This document shows, one piece after another, positions 35,344-36,901 of a DNA stretch of 36,901 nucleotides. Numbering within the stretch: position 1 is the stretch's first letter; every line of letters begins with the position of its first letter. Position numbers and translations under genes: made by a program. This DNA comes from a virus (taxonomy: Duplodnaviria; Caudoviricetes), in IMG/VR virus record IMGVR_UViG_3300005934_000012, positions 1 through 36,901 of that record. One strand, written 5' to 3'. The notes beneath the pieces are model-generated. The model was not told where the DNA came from. It worked only from the letters and a program-made list of their open reading frames with translations, and made no database searches.

Positions 35344-36014
35344 TTTTGGCTTTTTATCCATTTTTGTGCTTTCGCATTTTCAGGTGGCTTTTTGGCCCAC
35401 GCTGCAATCTTTTTATAAGCATCCATTGTTGCTCTATCAATATCTGAAGCTTCAGAATTATCAACAACAATCATTCTATTTCGAAACAAACCTTGAAATT
35501 TTCCGATATTCTTTTGAACATCTTTCCACATCTTTTCTACCTGATCATCGGGCAATTGACGTGGCCTAGATTTATTTCTTTTTAATGCTGTTTCTAAATC
35601 TGTATTTACAAAAATCATATAAACAGCATAACCTATATCTCTTAATCCATCAACTTGTTTTTTGATTTTACTGTAATCTTTACCAGTACCATCAATAACA
35701 AGTCCTAATCTTCCCTTTAAAGCAATTTCCATTTGCTTATTAGTTATATTTTTTGCTTTGGCCCTTACTTCTTGACCTTGTACAGAAAATATATCTTCTG
35801 GATCCATTGTTAATCCAGCTTTTTTCAAACCTTTTTCAAATTGATCATCAGAATTAATTAATCTAAATCCTAATGACTTTAAAGAAGTTTTACCCACCAC
35901 AAATGATTTACCACTTCCTGGACCACCTGCTAAAAAAACTGCTTTAAATATTGAAGGATCATTTATTCCTTCCATCATATTTAAATAATCAGTAAAATTA
36001 TTTTCCAAATTCAT
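35340..36014 (-). CDS. P-loop kinase (zeta-toxin/AAA_33-like)
   Basis: FLAGGPGSGKS, INSD, LVIDGTG, ALKRNKSR.R lid, VVDNS. Confidence 0.82.
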   Translation of the reverse strand: MNLENNFTDYLNMMEGINDPSIFKAVFLAGGPGSGKSFVVGKTSLKSLGFRLINSDDQFEKGLKKAGLTMDPEDIFSVQGQEVRAKAKNITNKQMEIALKGRLGLVIDGTGKDYSKIKKQVDGLRDIGYAVYMIFVNTDLETALKRNKSRPRQLPDDQVEKMWKDVQKNIGKFQGLFRNRMIVVDNSEASDIDRATMDAYKKIAAWAKKPPENAKAQKWIKSQK

Positions 36015-36276
36015 GTCCAGCTACTCTTTTCATTTGCTTAACATATTCATTATAATCTGGCTTCTTTCTATAAAGTTTAATAGAGATCTCATCTCTTTCT
36101 TTTCCTTTGATTCTCCAATTATAACCTTTTTCTTTATGTTCAGGATCATCAGTTGGAACTACTCTTCTTTTGAAACCATCTTCCCACGTTTCTCCCTTAT
36201 ACTTTCCTTCGCCTTCGCTCATATCAGCTAAGCTATAAAAAGTTGCGAAAGATATGTAATTTCTACTTCCTATCAT
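35998..36276 (-). CDS. hypothetical protein
   Basis: 92 aa, ATGA-coupled. Confidence 0.7.
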   Translation of the reverse strand: MIGSRNYISFATFYSLADMSEGEGKYKGETWEDGFKRRVVPTDDPEHKEKGYNWRIKGKERDEISIKLYRKKPDYNEYVKQMKRVAGHEFGK

Positions 36277-36491
36277 TTTAAATTATAAGTAAAAGTTTTA
36301 CCTTTTGCTTGCTTTTTCTTTGTTACTTTCATTTTAGCAAGACGAGCAATATTATTTACCAATTCTTCGTCTCCTCTCTGCAAAGCATCAACCATTACAT
36401 CTTCTACTTTTTTTAGAATATGTTTTACAATAGCTCTATCTCCTGCGACTAAAGCTTCATCTGCGTATTGATGCTCATTAAATCCTTTCAT
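36273..36491 (-). CDS. putative internal virion protein
   Basis: MKGFNEH..ADE leader. Confidence 0.65.
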   Translation of the reverse strand: MKGFNEHQYADEALVAGDRAIVKHILKKVEDVMVDALQRGDEELVNNIARLAKMKVTKKKQAKGKTFTYNLK

Positions 36492-36493
36492 TA

Positions 36494-36901
36494 TTATAAA
36501 CTTCCAGATCTCGGTGTTGGTTTAGATAAAATTTCTCTTGCTTTTTTTGGATTTTTCTTTAACATAGTCATTGCTTGATCTAAATAATCTTCGGAATCGC
36601 CGTAAGAAACTCTACTCCATCGAGGATTACCATCTTGATCTGAAAGATATTGTGCAATTCTTAATCCATCAAATGCTCCACCATCGTCAGAAGTATATCT
36701 TCCTTCTTTGAACATCTTTCCCCTTTTAACGATTAACATTGCATCTTTCTTATCCATATCGTAATCTTTTACTAACCAATTGATAAGATTTTTTTCTTCT
36801 CCACCGAGAGTAATAACTGCTTTACGCTTGTCCCAATTTAACATTACTACTCTTTTGTCATCTTGCCAATCAGGTGCAAGCCTTTGAGGATTACCAAAAT
36901 C
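36494..36901 (-). CDS. hypothetical protein, 5' end outside window
   Basis: Frame stays open upstream of ATG 36844 to the window edge (DFGNPQRLAPDWQDDKRVV-MLNW...). Confidence 0.7.
   Translation of the reverse strand, partial: DFGNPQRLAPDWQDDKRVVMLNWDKRKAVITLGGEEKNLINWLVKDYDMDKKDAMLIVKRGKMFKEGRYTSDDGGAFDGLRIAQYLSDQDGNPRWSRVSYGDSEDYLDQAMTMLKKNPKKAREILSKPTPRSGSL

Noticed and set aside
884-36231. All plus-strand ORFs in the track (e.g. 884-1168, 8500-8811, 12584-13060, 30018-30452)
   Set aside because: Antisense shadows of well-supported minus-strand genes; Ser/Phe/Ile-biased, no recognisable motifs
1-36901. tRNA genes, introns or alternative genetic code
   Set aside because: Intergenic gaps are tiny with no cloverleaf seen; TAA, TAG and TGA all end full-length conserved genes

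Overview
AT-rich segment of a T4-like myovirus genome, most likely an uncultured marine phage (host not determinable from sequence). All credible genes lie on the minus strand. In transcription order (right to left): a cluster of late/virion proteins, many with T4-type capsid-targeting N-termini, including a P-loop kinase (30.7-36.9 kb); overlapping i-/o-spanin genes plus a class 3 lipase (29.1-30.7 kb); class Ia nrdA/nrdB, glutaredoxin, GIY-YIG nuclease, class II aldolase, RNase H, DenV-like, FmdB-like, glycosyltransferase, PhoH, exonuclease and peroxiredoxin (17-28.7 kb); a fibre/adhesin-like gene and T4-type lysozyme (12.7-15.6 kb); a tightly coupled operon of two small membrane proteins, CsgF, CsgG, curlin-like protein, periplasmic FecR protein, second curlin-like protein, CHASE2 adenylate cyclase and an ORF overprinted on the cyclase (5.5-12.3 kb); small early genes; then gp33 and gp59. 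The strongest candidate for an under-described system is this curli-secretion module wired to a FecR/CHASE2-cAMP signalling chain. No tRNA, rRNA, CRISPR array or intron was seen. Family assignments come from motif recognition by eye, not database searches.
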